From a virus, in the IMG/VR virus record IMGVR_UViG_3300032116_000159, positions 2,613 through 66,612 of that record: a stretch of DNA of 64,000 bases. One strand, 5' to 3'. The notes beneath the pieces were generated by a model. That model searched no databases and had not been told where the DNA came from. It worked only from the letters and a program-made list of their open reading frames with translations. Every line of letters begins with the position of its first letter. Position 1 is the first letter of the stretch. The position numbers and the translations under genes were made by a program. Positions 48,411 through 58,308 of this stretch are shown in pieces.

Positions 48411-49220
48411 TTATTTCTTATTAAAAATTTCATCGAAACTCGTAGCAAGTTCCTTACCTACTGCTTTTTGTTTTTCTTTACGGTCCTGCTTCGGCTCTGT
48501 TTGTTGTGATATATAATTTAGATTATTATCTTCTAAGCGTTTTGTATTGAATTCATTTGATGTACGATTCCATCTTTCAAACTCGTAACGACTTGCAGCA
48601 AGATCGGCATTGTGTAGAATTTGCGGCATTGTAGTACGCAATTTCGCTTTGAGTTGCTTAGTCAAATAATAAGATTTGTTTGCATCATCATACATTCCAT
48701 CATGGATTCGTATACCTAAATATTCGTTCCATGAACATGGTATTCTATATGATTGCAATAAAAACAATGATCGATCTTGAACCAGTGTAAACGGTATATT
48801 TTCGTTTGCATCATACATCTTGCCTTGATTTTTACGATGCCATTCCGATGTGTTAAATACGTAACCATCCTTTCCATCACCGACAAATCCAAGTTTACCT
48901 AAATCATGATGCATCGCAGCAAACATCAATTCGGTTACCGTAAAATTTGTTACATCGATCCCCATCGATTCGTAGTGTTGCCATTCGAGTAATGCGAAAT
49001 CCATAACTCGTAATACATGGTCGATATAACCACCAGGTATTGCATTATGATAATAGTTAACTGAAGATGCTGGTGAAAACATTAAGCGCTCTTCACCTAA
49101 TGCACTATACATTTCTTTTAAACCTTCAGCACGTTCAGGAAACATTTTATCGATACGGGCAAAAAACTTTTTATAGTTTTCTTGAATCTGCTCAGCAGTA
49201 AGTGAAAATTCTTTCGACAT
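48411..49220 (-). CDS. HD-domain phosphohydrolase, YhaM-like
   Basis: PAS...H.A..GG..DH, HHDLGK, IRIHDG, LHNAD. Confidence 0.85.
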   Translation of the reverse strand: MSKEFSLTAEQIQENYKKFFARIDKMFPERAEGLKEMYSALGEERLMFSPASSVNYYHNAIPGGYIDHVLRVMDFALLEWQHYESMGIDVTNFTVTELMFAAMHHDLGKLGFVGDGKDGYVFNTSEWHRKNQGKMYDANENIPFTLVQDRSLFLLQSYRIPCSWNEYLGIRIHDGMYDDANKSYYLTKQLKAKLRTTMPQILHNADLAASRYEFERWNRTSNEFNTKRLEDNNLNYISQQTEPKQDRKEKQKAVGKELATSFDEIFNKK

Positions 49221-49222
49221 AT

Positions 49223-49771
49223 TTATTTAATTATTAATTGTTTACGTAACATTTCAGTTTCCCCTATCGAAAACGGTTTGTCTATTTTTACACCATTCAA
49301 TTCTATGAATCTTTCAACACAACCAGCAAAATATTTCAAATCGTTGCCGTTATAAAATTCTATGTATGTTGATTTACTTAATCTGACAGGTACACCTATA
49401 TAGAGTAACGGCACCATTGATTTTAAAAATATGCCACGTACACTAATTGATACTTTTATCGAATCATCAATTTTTCGAATATCTTGAATGTATTCAGCAA
49501 GTGTAATAAATTTCTGAATATACAGATCTGATTTTTCTGAGTTTAAACCACTAAAATCACCTATACAAAAATTCAATACAATATCAGGTTGTACACCTTG
49601 ACGTTTCGATTCTAATATATGTGTACGTATTGTTGTTGTAACCACCGCAACCGACGGCGATTCGGCGCTTTCGAAAGTTAGGATGAGTTGTTCAGGATAT
49701 TGTACAACTGTATCGGTCTCTTCAGTATTTATACGATCTGGTATGTACTCGCCGTATATATCTGTATTCAT
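49223..49771 (-). CDS. Hypothetical protein, possibly degenerate ClpP-like
   Basis: 182 aa; strand/helix pattern resembles ClpP but catalytic residues are not evident. Confidence 0.5.
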   Translation of the reverse strand: MNTDIYGEYIPDRINTEETDTVVQYPEQLILTFESAESPSVAVVTTTIRTHILESKRQGVQPDIVLNFCIGDFSGLNSEKSDLYIQKFITLAEYIQDIRKIDDSIKVSISVRGIFLKSMVPLLYIGVPVRLSKSTYIEFYNGNDLKYFAGCVERFIELNGVKIDKPFSIGETEMLRKQLIIK

Positions 49772-49785
49772 AAAACTAATTTAAT

Positions 49786-49816
49786 TCAATATAGGTAAAA
49801 TATCTGAGATAACAAA
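49786..49816 (-). promoter_or_regulatory. Bacteroidota-type promoter
   Basis: TTTG-N19-TATATTGA. Confidence 0.5.
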
Positions 49817-49819
49817 ATA

Positions 49820-50992
49820 TTAAGTTGTATTTTTTGAGATATATCTACGAATCGATTCGTGTGACATATTTTTTATTTGATTAGGTGTCAGATTTGCAGT
49901 ATCAGGTTGCATCTCATTTACCGTATCAGGTGTCACCTTTTTTTTTACATTTTCTTCTGTTGGCGCTTCAGTTTTTTTCCTTGCTGGTTTTTTATCTTTA
50001 GTTGCTATCGTTTTCTTTTTTTCTCTAATCAGTTTTAAACGTTTTTCAAGTGGATTTTCTTCGATTTTTTCAGTTGTTTCAATTTCATCGTTTACAATAT
50101 TTACAAATTCTGAAATATTATCGATATCGTTAGTGAATGGATCTGTATCGGTATCAATTTTAATTTCAGTTTCTGCAATTTCTTTTTCTTTGTTCGATTC
50201 TTTAAATGCAAAATTTGCTGCAAGTACCAAAGATATTGCTAATGGATCGAATACGAAAATTATCAGTAATAGAAAATAGTTGACAACACGGTCCATAGGT
50301 ATACCAGTTAATCCGCTTATATATTTCAGAGGACCTAATTCTGCTGCAGCATCAGAGTTATTTTCTAACTCTATCTTTTCGACTTCAAACTTTCCAATAC
50401 TATCAGATGCGACTTGTATTTTTTGAGTTAATTCATCACGTCTTTTCACTGCATCATCTAATTGCTTTTCTAAAGATGCTCGTGCTTTCGGGTCATTCGA
50501 TGTTGACGTTACTATCTTACCGGTTCTACGATCTACGAATTGCACTTGACCAGGATTCGATAATGATTTACGCAATTCAGATATCGATTGAACTACCGAT
50601 TCTTTCTCAGTCGTATATTCGGTTTTTGATTGCTCAAAAACTTTCTGCTTTGTGTCGACAAGTTCAATACCACGTGTCACAATCTTATCTTGATTTGCAG
50701 TCAATTGATATGCGTTACTAAGAAACCCGTATATACCAGCACTTGTAATTAATACAAGAACGACAGTAGCGAGTGTTAGATAAATTCTTAATAACCGATT
50801 TAATCGATTCCAATATTCATGCAAAAGTGTTGCGATAATAAGTTTAGAAACTTCCAAACTACCAGCCATGATTGCAACTTGCAATGCAGCACCAGCAAAC
50901 AGTTTACTTAAACCGTATACCGAATAAAAGGCAGCCGAACCACTAACAGCTAAAGCAGATAAAAGTATGATGTAAGGTAAAATTTTTCGCAT
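49820..50992 (-). CDS. Multi-pass membrane protein with long coiled coil
   Basis: Three N-terminal TM helices, ITSAGIYGFLS, ELGPLKY, IIFVFDPLA TM segment, charged tail. Confidence 0.8.
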   Translation of the reverse strand: MRKILPYIILLSALAVSGSAAFYSVYGLSKLFAGAALQVAIMAGSLEVSKLIIATLLHEYWNRLNRLLRIYLTLATVVLVLITSAGIYGFLSNAYQLTANQDKIVTRGIELVDTKQKVFEQSKTEYTTEKESVVQSISELRKSLSNPGQVQFVDRRTGKIVTSTSNDPKARASLEKQLDDAVKRRDELTQKIQVASDSIGKFEVEKIELENNSDAAAELGPLKYISGLTGIPMDRVVNYFLLLIIFVFDPLAISLVLAANFAFKESNKEKEIAETEIKIDTDTDPFTNDIDNISEFVNIVNDEIETTEKIEENPLEKRLKLIREKKKTIATKDKKPARKKTEAPTEENVKKKVTPDTVNEMQPDTANLTPNQIKNMSHESIRRYISKNTT

Positions 50993-51130
50993 ATCCGAAT
51001 CTTATTATGGAGTTACCCTGTTTCAATAATTATTAACGTGTTCTTTTTTCTTTCTTATATTTTATACTATAAAATCTCTTTTATATAATCTTCTTTTTAT
51101 TTTATAAAATATTATTATAGTAATTTAGAA

Positions 51131-51162
51131 TAAAGTTAATAAAAATTTCTGAGATTTGCAAC
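51131..51162 (-). promoter_or_regulatory. Bacteroidota-type promoter
   Basis: GTTG-N20-TAACTTTA. Confidence 0.45.
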
Positions 51163-51181
51163 CTTTTGAAGATAAAAGAGC

Positions 51182-51210
51182 AAAAAAAAGTCCACGAGAA
51201 GTGGACCTTT
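51182..51210 (-). terminator. Intrinsic terminator
   Basis: GTCCAC/GTGGAC stem with U8 tail on the minus strand. Confidence 0.75.
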
Positions 51211-51247
51211 GTAACATATAACCTTTTAGTAACTGAAAACGAATACA

Positions 51248-51517
51248 TTAGCCGGGTGCCATACCTCCCAACTTATAATTTTTTTTCAGTGCTTCTAAAG
51301 CAAGTTCGGCAGTTTCACAAATGCGACTCAATTCATGAATCGTTATTTTGAATTCTTTACCATCGATATAAAACGATCCACATGGTGAATGTTTACTTTT
51401 TTCACGATAGTCGGAATCTGAATACTCAGGATTCGATTCGAAATCAATTGTGTGAAAAATTCTACCTAACCGCTTTGTTGTTTTTTGGTCAATACCAAAA
51501 CGCTGATTTACTGACAT
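51248..51517 (-). CDS. Hypothetical protein
   Basis: 89-aa ORF in operon with the methyltransferase. Confidence 0.7.
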   Translation of the reverse strand: MSVNQRFGIDQKTTKRLGRIFHTIDFESNPEYSDSDYREKSKHSPCGSFYIDGKEFKITIHELSRICETAELALEALKKNYKLGGMAPG

Positions 51518-51527
51518 ACGGTAAAAT

Positions 51528-52217
51528 TTAAAAAGTGTTATTAAAAATGACTAATTTGAAAACATTAGGAAAATCCGAATTGTCGAATGCGAATTTATAA
51601 CCTAATCTGAATAAAATATTTGATATTTCCGTAAACGAAAACGTTATATACAAATCTGCGTGTGCATGATTATTGTCGTTGAGAAGCATAAATACTGCGC
51701 CTTTATCTGCAATACTTAACGACTTCCTTATTACGGATTCTAAATATTCATAACGTGAACGCCCATTGAAATTTCCGTAATCGACGGTTAAATTTGTGAC
51801 GTGAAAAACCCAGTCATAACGAATGTCTGTCGGATAATCCGAATCGAAATTTCCTTTGATGAGATTGAAAGAATCTGATGCAGTATGCTCAGGGTATTTA
51901 TGTTTTCCGACATCGATCGCCAGTGGATTCAAATCAACACCGGTATATTTAATATTGGTATACTCGAGTTCGTTTTTGATATAGTTACCGAAATCGCCAC
52001 GACCGCAACCAACATCTAAAATCGATGTATCAGTATTATCGAGTATACCAAAAATTGTAGATTGATAAACTGCATTCTGTAGCTCTCTATCAGAATACCC
52101 CATATATGTCGGGTCGTCGATCATATACGGTTGAAACGTTACATTTGATTCCTCTGTAACAACTTCAGAAAGAGTAGTCTCTGTTGTACTTTCTGAAAGA
52201 TCTGAAAACTTTTTCAT
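51528..52217 (-). CDS. Class I SAM-dependent methyltransferase
   Basis: SILDVGCGRGD, YTGVDLN, YDWVF. Confidence 0.88.
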   Translation of the reverse strand: MKKFSDLSESTTETTLSEVVTEESNVTFQPYMIDDPTYMGYSDRELQNAVYQSTIFGILDNTDTSILDVGCGRGDFGNYIKNELEYTNIKYTGVDLNPLAIDVGKHKYPEHTASDSFNLIKGNFDSDYPTDIRYDWVFHVTNLTVDYGNFNGRSRYEYLESVIRKSLSIADKGAVFMLLNDNNHAHADLYITFSFTEISNILFRLGYKFAFDNSDFPNVFKLVIFNNTF

Positions 52218-52267
52218 GACAAAACAATTTGATAATATATATGTGTTGTCATTTTATTTTAACTCTA

Positions 52268-52489
52268 TTAGACTTCGATATTTTTATTAATTATCGCAGT
52301 TGCATTTGTATCGATATAATACATCGAATTTTTGACATCGGTTTGTAAATGCGTATGGTGTGTACCATTCTCCATAATTACCGAAAATACTTTCGATTTA
52401 CCTTTACGGCCGACTTCGGTAATTTTACCGATCTTGCTCACACCATGATCTTTGACAACTACGATGTCTCCTGTTTTCAATTTTTGCAT
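52268..52489 (-). CDS. Small SH3/KOW-like protein
   Basis: LKTGDIVVV...KIGKITEV. Confidence 0.6.
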   Translation of the reverse strand: MQKLKTGDIVVVKDHGVSKIGKITEVGRKGKSKVFSVIMENGTHHTHLQTDVKNSMYYIDTNATAIINKNIEV

Positions 52490-52510
52490 ATTTTAGATTT
52501 TTTGTTCATA

Positions 52511-52541
52511 CAAATATACAATAATTTTTTCGAATAGCAAA
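52511..52541 (-). promoter_or_regulatory. Bacteroidota sigma70 consensus promoter
   Basis: TTTG-N19-TATATTTG, an exact match to the -33 TTTG / -7 TAnnTTTG consensus. Confidence 0.75.
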
Positions 52542-52546
52542 ATTAA

Positions 52547-53524
52547 TTAGAGACTATTTATCATTTCGACTAATAATTTTTGAGGTGACACATCGCTCTT
52601 ATCTTTTCTGACATTTGTGTGTGAAAGCAAACCTTTAACTTTACCGTCACGAGCAGATTGATTGAATTCAAATGCCTTTGCAGCACCGACTTTAGATATC
52701 CAAGCCTTTAAACCTAAATCGGTATTGATACCGGTTTTCTTCTCTATACTTTTAATCAACGCATATAAAGATTCGATTTGATTTTCGGTGTATTTATGCC
52801 AGTACTGATAACCTCTAAACTTAAAACCTAAATCGACTATATTTGCATCTGGTACGCGTACACCAGTGTACGTATAAAACGCACTACCTTTTTGTGTAAG
52901 ATACCCCATATTACAAATCTCTATACCGATCGAATGGACATGCATATGCATACTGATACCGTCTTTTGACGTACTACCTAAATGCCAACCGAAATAGTCA
53001 TCAGGTATACATTTAAGTATACGGCCGTCATGGTCAGATTTGCCGGTTTTTATATCGTGCCCTCCTATAACATAGTGGGTGCCTATACGTCCACGACTAT
53101 CAGAGTTCCAATCAGTAATTGTATTATACGGATTCGACCAACCAGATGTATGATGTAAAAACAAGTATTCCTTTTTTGGAACTTTGCCGTTAGAGGTTAC
53201 ATATTCATCCGAGTCCAACATGAATAACTCGAATGCAGCATCGGTTTCCGATATATCGGTAGTCGAATCTGAGTCTTCGGATTTCGATGTGTCACTGTAA
53301 ATTTCAGTTTCAAGTTTAGATAAGGCTTCGTTATCACTGCCAAGTCTTTGAGTAATCGATTCGTAAACTGCATCGGTTAACACATCGGAAGATCCATTAC
53401 CGTAACGTAAATTATAGTTTTTTACAGCTGCTTTAGTGTGTTCATCGTATACACCATTTGAAGGTGTGATACCTAATAACGTTTGAACAATTCGGATTTT
53501 GTTAGAATCAATAGTTACGCTCAT
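52547..53524 (-). CDS. Endolysin: peptidoglycan-binding domain plus N-acetylmuramoyl-L-alanine amidase (Amidase_2)
   Basis: VQTLLG...G.Y...T.AAV..Y; LHHT, THYVIG, WHLG, SIGIEI, YT.NQ, SHTNVRKDKSD.SP. Confidence 0.9.
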   Translation of the reverse strand: MSVTIDSNKIRIVQTLLGITPSNGVYDEHTKAAVKNYNLRYGNGSSDVLTDAVYESITQRLGSDNEALSKLETEIYSDTSKSEDSDSTTDISETDAAFELFMLDSDEYVTSNGKVPKKEYLFLHHTSGWSNPYNTITDWNSDSRGRIGTHYVIGGHDIKTGKSDHDGRILKCIPDDYFGWHLGSTSKDGISMHMHVHSIGIEICNMGYLTQKGSAFYTYTGVRVPDANIVDLGFKFRGYQYWHKYTENQIESLYALIKSIEKKTGINTDLGLKAWISKVGAAKAFEFNQSARDGKVKGLLSHTNVRKDKSDVSPQKLLVEMINSL

Positions 53525-53528
53525 AATT

Positions 53529-54035
53529 TTAACTCTTTATTGGACATGCTAAAAACATCGAACCTGACCATTCGAAGTCTCTTTTCAAAAATAAATTACG
53601 GTATGTGCCACCTAATGTCATAATATGTGCTGCTAATACCGCACAGAAAATATTTAACCATGCAGCATAGTTTAGATTGCCTGGTATTGTAGGTCCTTTA
53701 AATATACCAGGAAATGTCACTGTCGCGTACCCTAATGGACCGACGACGGTCTGACCATTCCAATATGAATAGAATGCCGGTGCCATTTGTGTAAATACAT
53801 TTACAGGCCGTGCGCCGTATTTACGATTCGCATCGAATACCGACTGTAAACCGTTACGCAAAACCGATGTACGTGTAGGTGCTAATATTGCTCTACCACC
53901 GCCAGTCATCACTTCGAAATGACGTAATACTAAATCGGTATATGCATCTGCAATAACACGTGCTTGTTTTGTTTTACTCTGATGAGGTGGAACTAAACTC
54001 GCTAATAATTCTGCTTTAAATAAGAAATAACTCAT
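53529..54035 (-). CDS. Hypothetical protein
   Basis: 168-aa ORF, translationally coupled. Confidence 0.7.
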   Translation of the reverse strand: MSYFLFKAELLASLVPPHQSKTKQARVIADAYTDLVLRHFEVMTGGGRAILAPTRTSVLRNGLQSVFDANRKYGARPVNVFTQMAPAFYSYWNGQTVVGPLGYATVTFPGIFKGPTIPGNLNYAAWLNIFCAVLAAHIMTLGGTYRNLFLKRDFEWSGSMFLACPIKS

Positions 54036-54962
54036 TTACCAATACCTTGGAATTTCACCTTCTGATATACGAGTTTCAAGTTCAAGATTCTCGTTATAAT
54101 TCGAATCGGTATGTGTGCCTGATAGTATACATGATCGATTTTCTAAAACACAACCGGTCACTCTTGAATCGCCTTGTATTTGTGCAGTATCGATAATTAT
54201 CGAATTTGTAACCCAAGATTTTCCACGGCATAATGCACCAGTGTTCAGAATACAGTTATCGATTTGTGATTCTTCGAATACCATACTTGCATTCTCTAAG
54301 AGCGAATTCTTTACAACTGCATTATGCTTAATTTCTACAAGATCCTTTATGTGTGACGATTCGATTCGGCAGTTATCGTGGATACGTGCGTAGTTTTCAA
54401 TTCGACTATTTACGATTTCTGCATTATCGTAAACAAGGCAGTTTTCTGTGACATATGAACCGTCAAGTATTTTAGCATTACCGAAAACTCTTGCACGATG
54501 GTCAACCCAAACAGGATTATCAGGATCCAAATTGTCAAGCGATTCCACATAACCACCGATCGTGTAAATTTCTATAGTTTTAGGTATAATTAACGAATCA
54601 GGATTATCGAGTAGTTTGTCGTTTTTTGTAAACTCTGAACGATAACGATTCAGTTCGTATTCGCACTTAATCTTTTCGGTAGCCAGTTTTTTAACTTTTT
54701 CCGCATCGTTTTTTTCCATAGCGTTGGAAATTAAACCGTCGAAACTGTCGTATGCTTTCTGAATTGTGTCAAGATAACGCTGCATCAGTTTTTTGTGTTT
54801 CTGTGCAGTTTCAGTATCTGTAATTCCTTGTATCGATTTAGGTGAAATTTGAAACGTGCGCATTGCTATAACGCGATGCAGTTTGATTTCACGATTTTCC
54901 TTAGGATGTCTTATGATAATAGTATCGTTGTCTAATAGACCGATATAACCGTTACTCTTCAT
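54036..54962 (-). CDS. Left-handed beta-helix (hexapeptide-like) protein with coiled-coil insert
   Basis: LHRVIA...GGYVES..NL, WV...ARVFGNAKI, repeating I-x-x-S-x-I pattern. Confidence 0.75.
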   Translation of the reverse strand: MKSNGYIGLLDNDTIIIRHPKENREIKLHRVIAMRTFQISPKSIQGITDTETAQKHKKLMQRYLDTIQKAYDSFDGLISNAMEKNDAEKVKKLATEKIKCEYELNRYRSEFTKNDKLLDNPDSLIIPKTIEIYTIGGYVESLDNLDPDNPVWVDHRARVFGNAKILDGSYVTENCLVYDNAEIVNSRIENYARIHDNCRIESSHIKDLVEIKHNAVVKNSLLENASMVFEESQIDNCILNTGALCRGKSWVTNSIIIDTAQIQGDSRVTGCVLENRSCILSGTHTDSNYNENLELETRISEGEIPRYW

Positions 54963-54975
54963 GATGTATTTTTAT

Positions 54976-54985
54976 TATAAATATC
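54976..54985 (-). promoter_or_regulatory. Putative late promoter GATATTTATA
   Basis: Exact copy of the recurring motif. Confidence 0.6.
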
Positions 54986-55010
54986 CTTACCAAATCGATT
55001 TTACTGCGTA

Positions 55011-55670
55011 TTACGAATTTAACAGTCTTAATACGTTTTTCACTGCTTCATGACGATGATTTTGCGTAAGTGTAGCGACATGTACATATTCAGATTTCGA
55101 AATTTTTTCAATATCGTGTACTGCCGATGTCAATCGGTTTTTCAAGTCGATTTGTGCAGGGTCACCACAAAAAATCATTATACTATTTTGACCTAATCTA
55201 CCTAATGCCATTTGCAATTGCGCCCGTGTAAGATTCTGGTATTCGTCAACAATACACACTGCATTATCGAATGTTTGTCCTCTAAAGTGAGTTAACGCAA
55301 TCAATTCAATTGTACCGTCTTCGTATAGTGATTGGATTTTTTTACCATCGTAAATCTTCATCAAATTCGATTTAATCGGAACCATCCAAGGTTCCATTTT
55401 TTCCTTTAAATCACCTGGTAAGAATCCGTTATCTTCAGTTGATACGGACGGCCGTGTTATAATTATTTTCGTCTTCTCACGTTTGAAAATTAAATCTAAT
55501 GCGATTTGACATGCCAATAAAGTTTTACCACAACCGGCTTCACCATGAATAAAACTGTATGCCTTTTCAATAACAATTTTCTTCGCTTCTTTCTGTTCCT
55601 CATCCAATGATATTTTATAGGTTATTGGATTTTTTGGGACTCTCTTTTCTTTTTTCTGTTCATCAATCAT
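55011..55670 (-). CDS. phoH: PhoH-family ATPase
   Basis: GEAGCGKT, ITRP, GFLPGDLKEK..PW, RGQTF, VDEYQN, GDPAQIDL, RH. Confidence 0.95.
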   Translation of the reverse strand: MIDEQKKEKRVPKNPITYKISLDEEQKEAKKIVIEKAYSFIHGEAGCGKTLLACQIALDLIFKREKTKIIITRPSVSTEDNGFLPGDLKEKMEPWMVPIKSNLMKIYDGKKIQSLYEDGTIELIALTHFRGQTFDNAVCIVDEYQNLTRAQLQMALGRLGQNSIMIFCGDPAQIDLKNRLTSAVHDIEKISKSEYVHVATLTQNHRHEAVKNVLRLLNS

Positions 55671-55935
55671 CTGTTTCCTCTATTAGTATTATGAGATCCG
55701 AATCGCCTTTAAGTATACGATGGTATACTTCTTTACCGATTTCAAGTTTTAGACCATCGGTTAAACTTATAGGCAGTTCGTCTTCGAATTGAAACTTCCA
55801 ATTACCGCTTTGAACGATTTCGACTGTGCGATTTTTATAATCACGGTGCCAAACCAATTCAGATTCGTTTAGATTATCCACCTTAAATATTCGTGTGAAT
55901 CGATTCGACTCGTGCGGCGTATCTGTGTATACCAT
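55663..55935 (-). CDS. Small cupin-like protein
   Basis: ELVWHRD, WKFQFEDELP, YHRILKG; ATG at 55935 overlaps the upstream stop. Confidence 0.7.
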   Translation of the reverse strand: MVYTDTPHESNRFTRIFKVDNLNESELVWHRDYKNRTVEIVQSGNWKFQFEDELPISLTDGLKLEIGKEVYHRILKGDSDLIILIEETDD

Positions 55936-56504
55936 TACCAATAAGTGTTCATGTTATCGCCTAAACCTAATGTTTTAGCGTAACGCGGTAATCTACAAGA
56001 CCAATAACCAGGGCTGGTTCTGTCTGTTTTATCTTTACAATTATGACGGTCTGCAAATGCTTTACGTCTCTCAGGATCTTTGAATTTAACTGCTAAACTA
56101 CCTCCACCATCTTTTGCACCGAAGGCTACTTTTCGTATGTTACCACTTGAAGGATCTTTTACAAACACATAAAACTTTTTCGATCCGCCACGTTTAGGTT
56201 TACCTAATTCAACTTCGCGTCCTTGGTATTCTGCCTCGTTTACAAATGGTAAATCTAATGGAACACGTTCACCATTGTATAATCCGAATTCACCTAAATC
56301 GGTCTGCAACATATCGGTGTCGTTTTCATTATAATATTTACCAGATCGGCATAAAGTTTTTGCTTCGTTTATAACTTCAAAAAATTTAGCGCTACCATGA
56401 CGAAATATATTTTTTGAGACCGGTATATTGTTTTCTATATGATAACGAAGTTCCTTTGAAATTGCAGTCTCCGTTTCGAGTAGTAAACTTTTTATGCTAA
56501 TCAT
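55935..56504 (-). CDS. Hypothetical protein with cargo leader and basic C-terminal module
   Basis: MISIKSLLLE; FVNE; KKFYVFVK...KVAFG...RRKAFADRHNC...YWSC. Confidence 0.75.
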   Translation of the reverse strand: MISIKSLLLETETAISKELRYHIENNIPVSKNIFRHGSAKFFEVINEAKTLCRSGKYYNENDTDMLQTDLGEFGLYNGERVPLDLPFVNEAEYQGREVELGKPKRGGSKKFYVFVKDPSSGNIRKVAFGAKDGGGSLAVKFKDPERRKAFADRHNCKDKTDRTSPGYWSCRLPRYAKTLGLGDNMNTYW

Positions 56505-56603
56505 CGCTTACCTGTTTAGTAATATATATAGACAGAGAAAGATCTTATCACTAAGATCCTTCTGTTAAATTTGAGTTTATTTTAAATAACTGTACAAGTA
56601 TAG

Positions 56604-57065
56604 TTACTCGCCGTAACTCGCTGAATTTTTCGCATGCTCATAAACTTCAACTTTTGTAACTCTGACTCGGTTGTCGGTTTCAAGTTTTACAAAATTGTTT
56701 ATTTGATTGAACAAAAACTCAGCAAATCTTTCACATCCTACTGCATCTAATACTCGCAATTGAATTATACCTAAATCAGCCAATTCACGGAATTTATCTA
56801 AATAAGGGTCATCCTCTGCTACAATAGTTGTATGGTCTAAAAGATAATCGAAATACTCTTTCGGTGTTTTACCATCGATTTTATTTTTGGCACGTTTCAT
56901 ACCGCCAAAATCCCAAACCCAATTACGTTCGTCTAAATCCCCTTCGAACCATACTCTAAATGATACCGCATAACCATGCAGGTATTTACAATGAGTACCT
57001 TCAGCTCTCCATTGACGGAAGCATGCTGAATACCCATCGAATAATTTTGATGATGTAAACTTCAT
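56604..57065 (-). CDS. queD: QueD / 6-pyruvoyl-tetrahydropterin synthase family
   Basis: HCKYLHGY, WVWDFG, LDHT, GCE..A, V.V.E..KNSA.Y. Confidence 0.88.
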   Translation of the reverse strand: MKFTSSKLFDGYSACFRQWRAEGTHCKYLHGYAVSFRVWFEGDLDERNWVWDFGGMKRAKNKIDGKTPKEYFDYLLDHTTIVAEDDPYLDKFRELADLGIIQLRVLDAVGCERFAEFLFNQINNFVKLETDNRVRVTKVEVYEHAKNSASYGE

Positions 57066-57077
57066 AAACTTTTTTTT

Positions 57078-57109
57078 AGAATATACAAAATAAAACTCGA
57101 TTTACCAAA
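57078..57109 (-). promoter_or_regulatory. Bacteroidota-type promoter
   Basis: TTTG-N20-TATATTCT upstream of queD. Confidence 0.5.
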
Positions 57110-57120
57110 TAAAATCGGAA

Positions 57121-57408
57121 TTAATTTAATTTATCCGGTTCGATTGTGTCATGTTCTTTAATTGCCGATACGAGTTCGTATTGTGCAATTGTTGCCCACC
57201 CGTCAATACCTTCCTTTACAAGAGTTATAAACGATGGAACCATAAGTGGGCTCTGAGGTCCTAACTCATCGATATACATTGCGCTTTTCACGTCTTCATT
57301 ACCTTCAGTACCGTCATTTAGAAACATCGGAAAAGGTATCGACAGTTCCGCAATTTCTTCAAGCCTTTCAGGATCCATACTGTTTTCCATTCGATATCCT
57401 TTATACAT
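57121..57408 (-). CDS. Hypothetical protein
   Basis: 95-aa ORF in a tight array of small genes. Confidence 0.65.
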   Translation of the reverse strand: MYKGYRMENSMDPERLEEIAELSIPFPMFLNDGTEGNEDVKSAMYIDELGPQSPLMVPSFITLVKEGIDGWATIAQYELVSAIKEHDTIEPDKLN

Positions 57409-57413
57409 AAATA

Positions 57414-57734
57414 TTAACTTTTAGATAATTCAGATGGATAAACTGCAACAACTACCAGTTCACCTTCCTTGAAATTTTTATAATTAGAATTGCGTATACG
57501 TTCACATAATACACGCAGTTGAACTGCCTTTCCTCCAAGTATTGTATTTAGATTCTTTTCGAAAAATCTCACACGTGATTTGAATTCATACGGATTAGAG
57601 ACCTTTTCGGTATACGCACATGTCACATCGGATGTCAGATTCATAAGAGGGTCTGTTACGTATCCGATGTGACGATTTGTATTTTTTTCAACAACTTTAA
57701 AACCTATGCGCATTGCCATATTAAAAATCTTCAA
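57414..57734 (-). CDS. Hypothetical protein
   Basis: 106-aa ORF; the start may be MAMRIG slightly downstream. Confidence 0.65.
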   Translation of the reverse strand: MKIFNMAMRIGFKVVEKNTNRHIGYVTDPLMNLTSDVTCAYTEKVSNPYEFKSRVRFFEKNLNTILGGKAVQLRVLCERIRNSNYKNFKEGELVVVAVYPSELSKS

Positions 57735-58047
57735 ATGTCACATCCGCATTGATGCCTCCGTGTTTTAAAACAACTTGTTCGATAAGTTTCATTGGTATAT
57801 AACCGTATACAGTTCCTGTAGGATCTGCAGGATTGTCTGCATACGTGATTATCAGATCTTCTGGTTCTGAAGGGAACCCGATTTCCATCGCTGAAAATTG
57901 TGGACCGGTTTTTCTTGGTATCGAGTATGCCATTTCGTTGCCTTGTACCGACATTTTAAAACCGTCCATGCAAACGATTTTAGGTCGGTGTCGTACAGTA
58001 CCGCAACGAATCATAAATTCGGTTAGTGTTATAGGTGTCGGTTCCAT
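57721..58047 (-). CDS. Phage hypothetical protein
   Basis: IVCMDGFKMSVQ, YSIPR, EIGFPS, TVYGYIP, KHGGI. Confidence 0.75.
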   Translation of the reverse strand: MEPTPITLTEFMIRCGTVRHRPKIVCMDGFKMSVQGNEMAYSIPRKTGPQFSAMEIGFPSEPEDLIITYADNPADPTGTVYGYIPMKLIEQVVLKHGGINADVTFEDF

Positions 58048-58058
58048 ATATTATCGAT

Positions 58059-58274
58059 TTATTTTGATGATTCGGATTCGACTGTCGGCAATGTTCTTCC
58101 GGTAAGTTCTTCGTAATCGTCAGGATTTACAGTTCTTACTACTTTGGCGACTCGTTTCAATTCCTTCTCAGAAGGCAGTTTAACATCACCGATATAGTTG
58201 TTAATCAGTTCATCGAAATCGTTCGATGCGTCGTCGGTTAAATGGTCTAAATAAAACTCTTTCATACGTCCCAT
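58059..58274 (-). CDS. Hypothetical protein
   Basis: MGRMKE N-terminus; lies behind a promoter. Confidence 0.65.
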   Translation of the reverse strand: MGRMKEFYLDHLTDDASNDFDELINNYIGDVKLPSEKELKRVAKVVRTVNPDDYEELTGRTLPTVESESSK

Positions 58275-58308
58275 AATTCAATGTTTAAATGGTTAATTAA
58301 TTATATTG

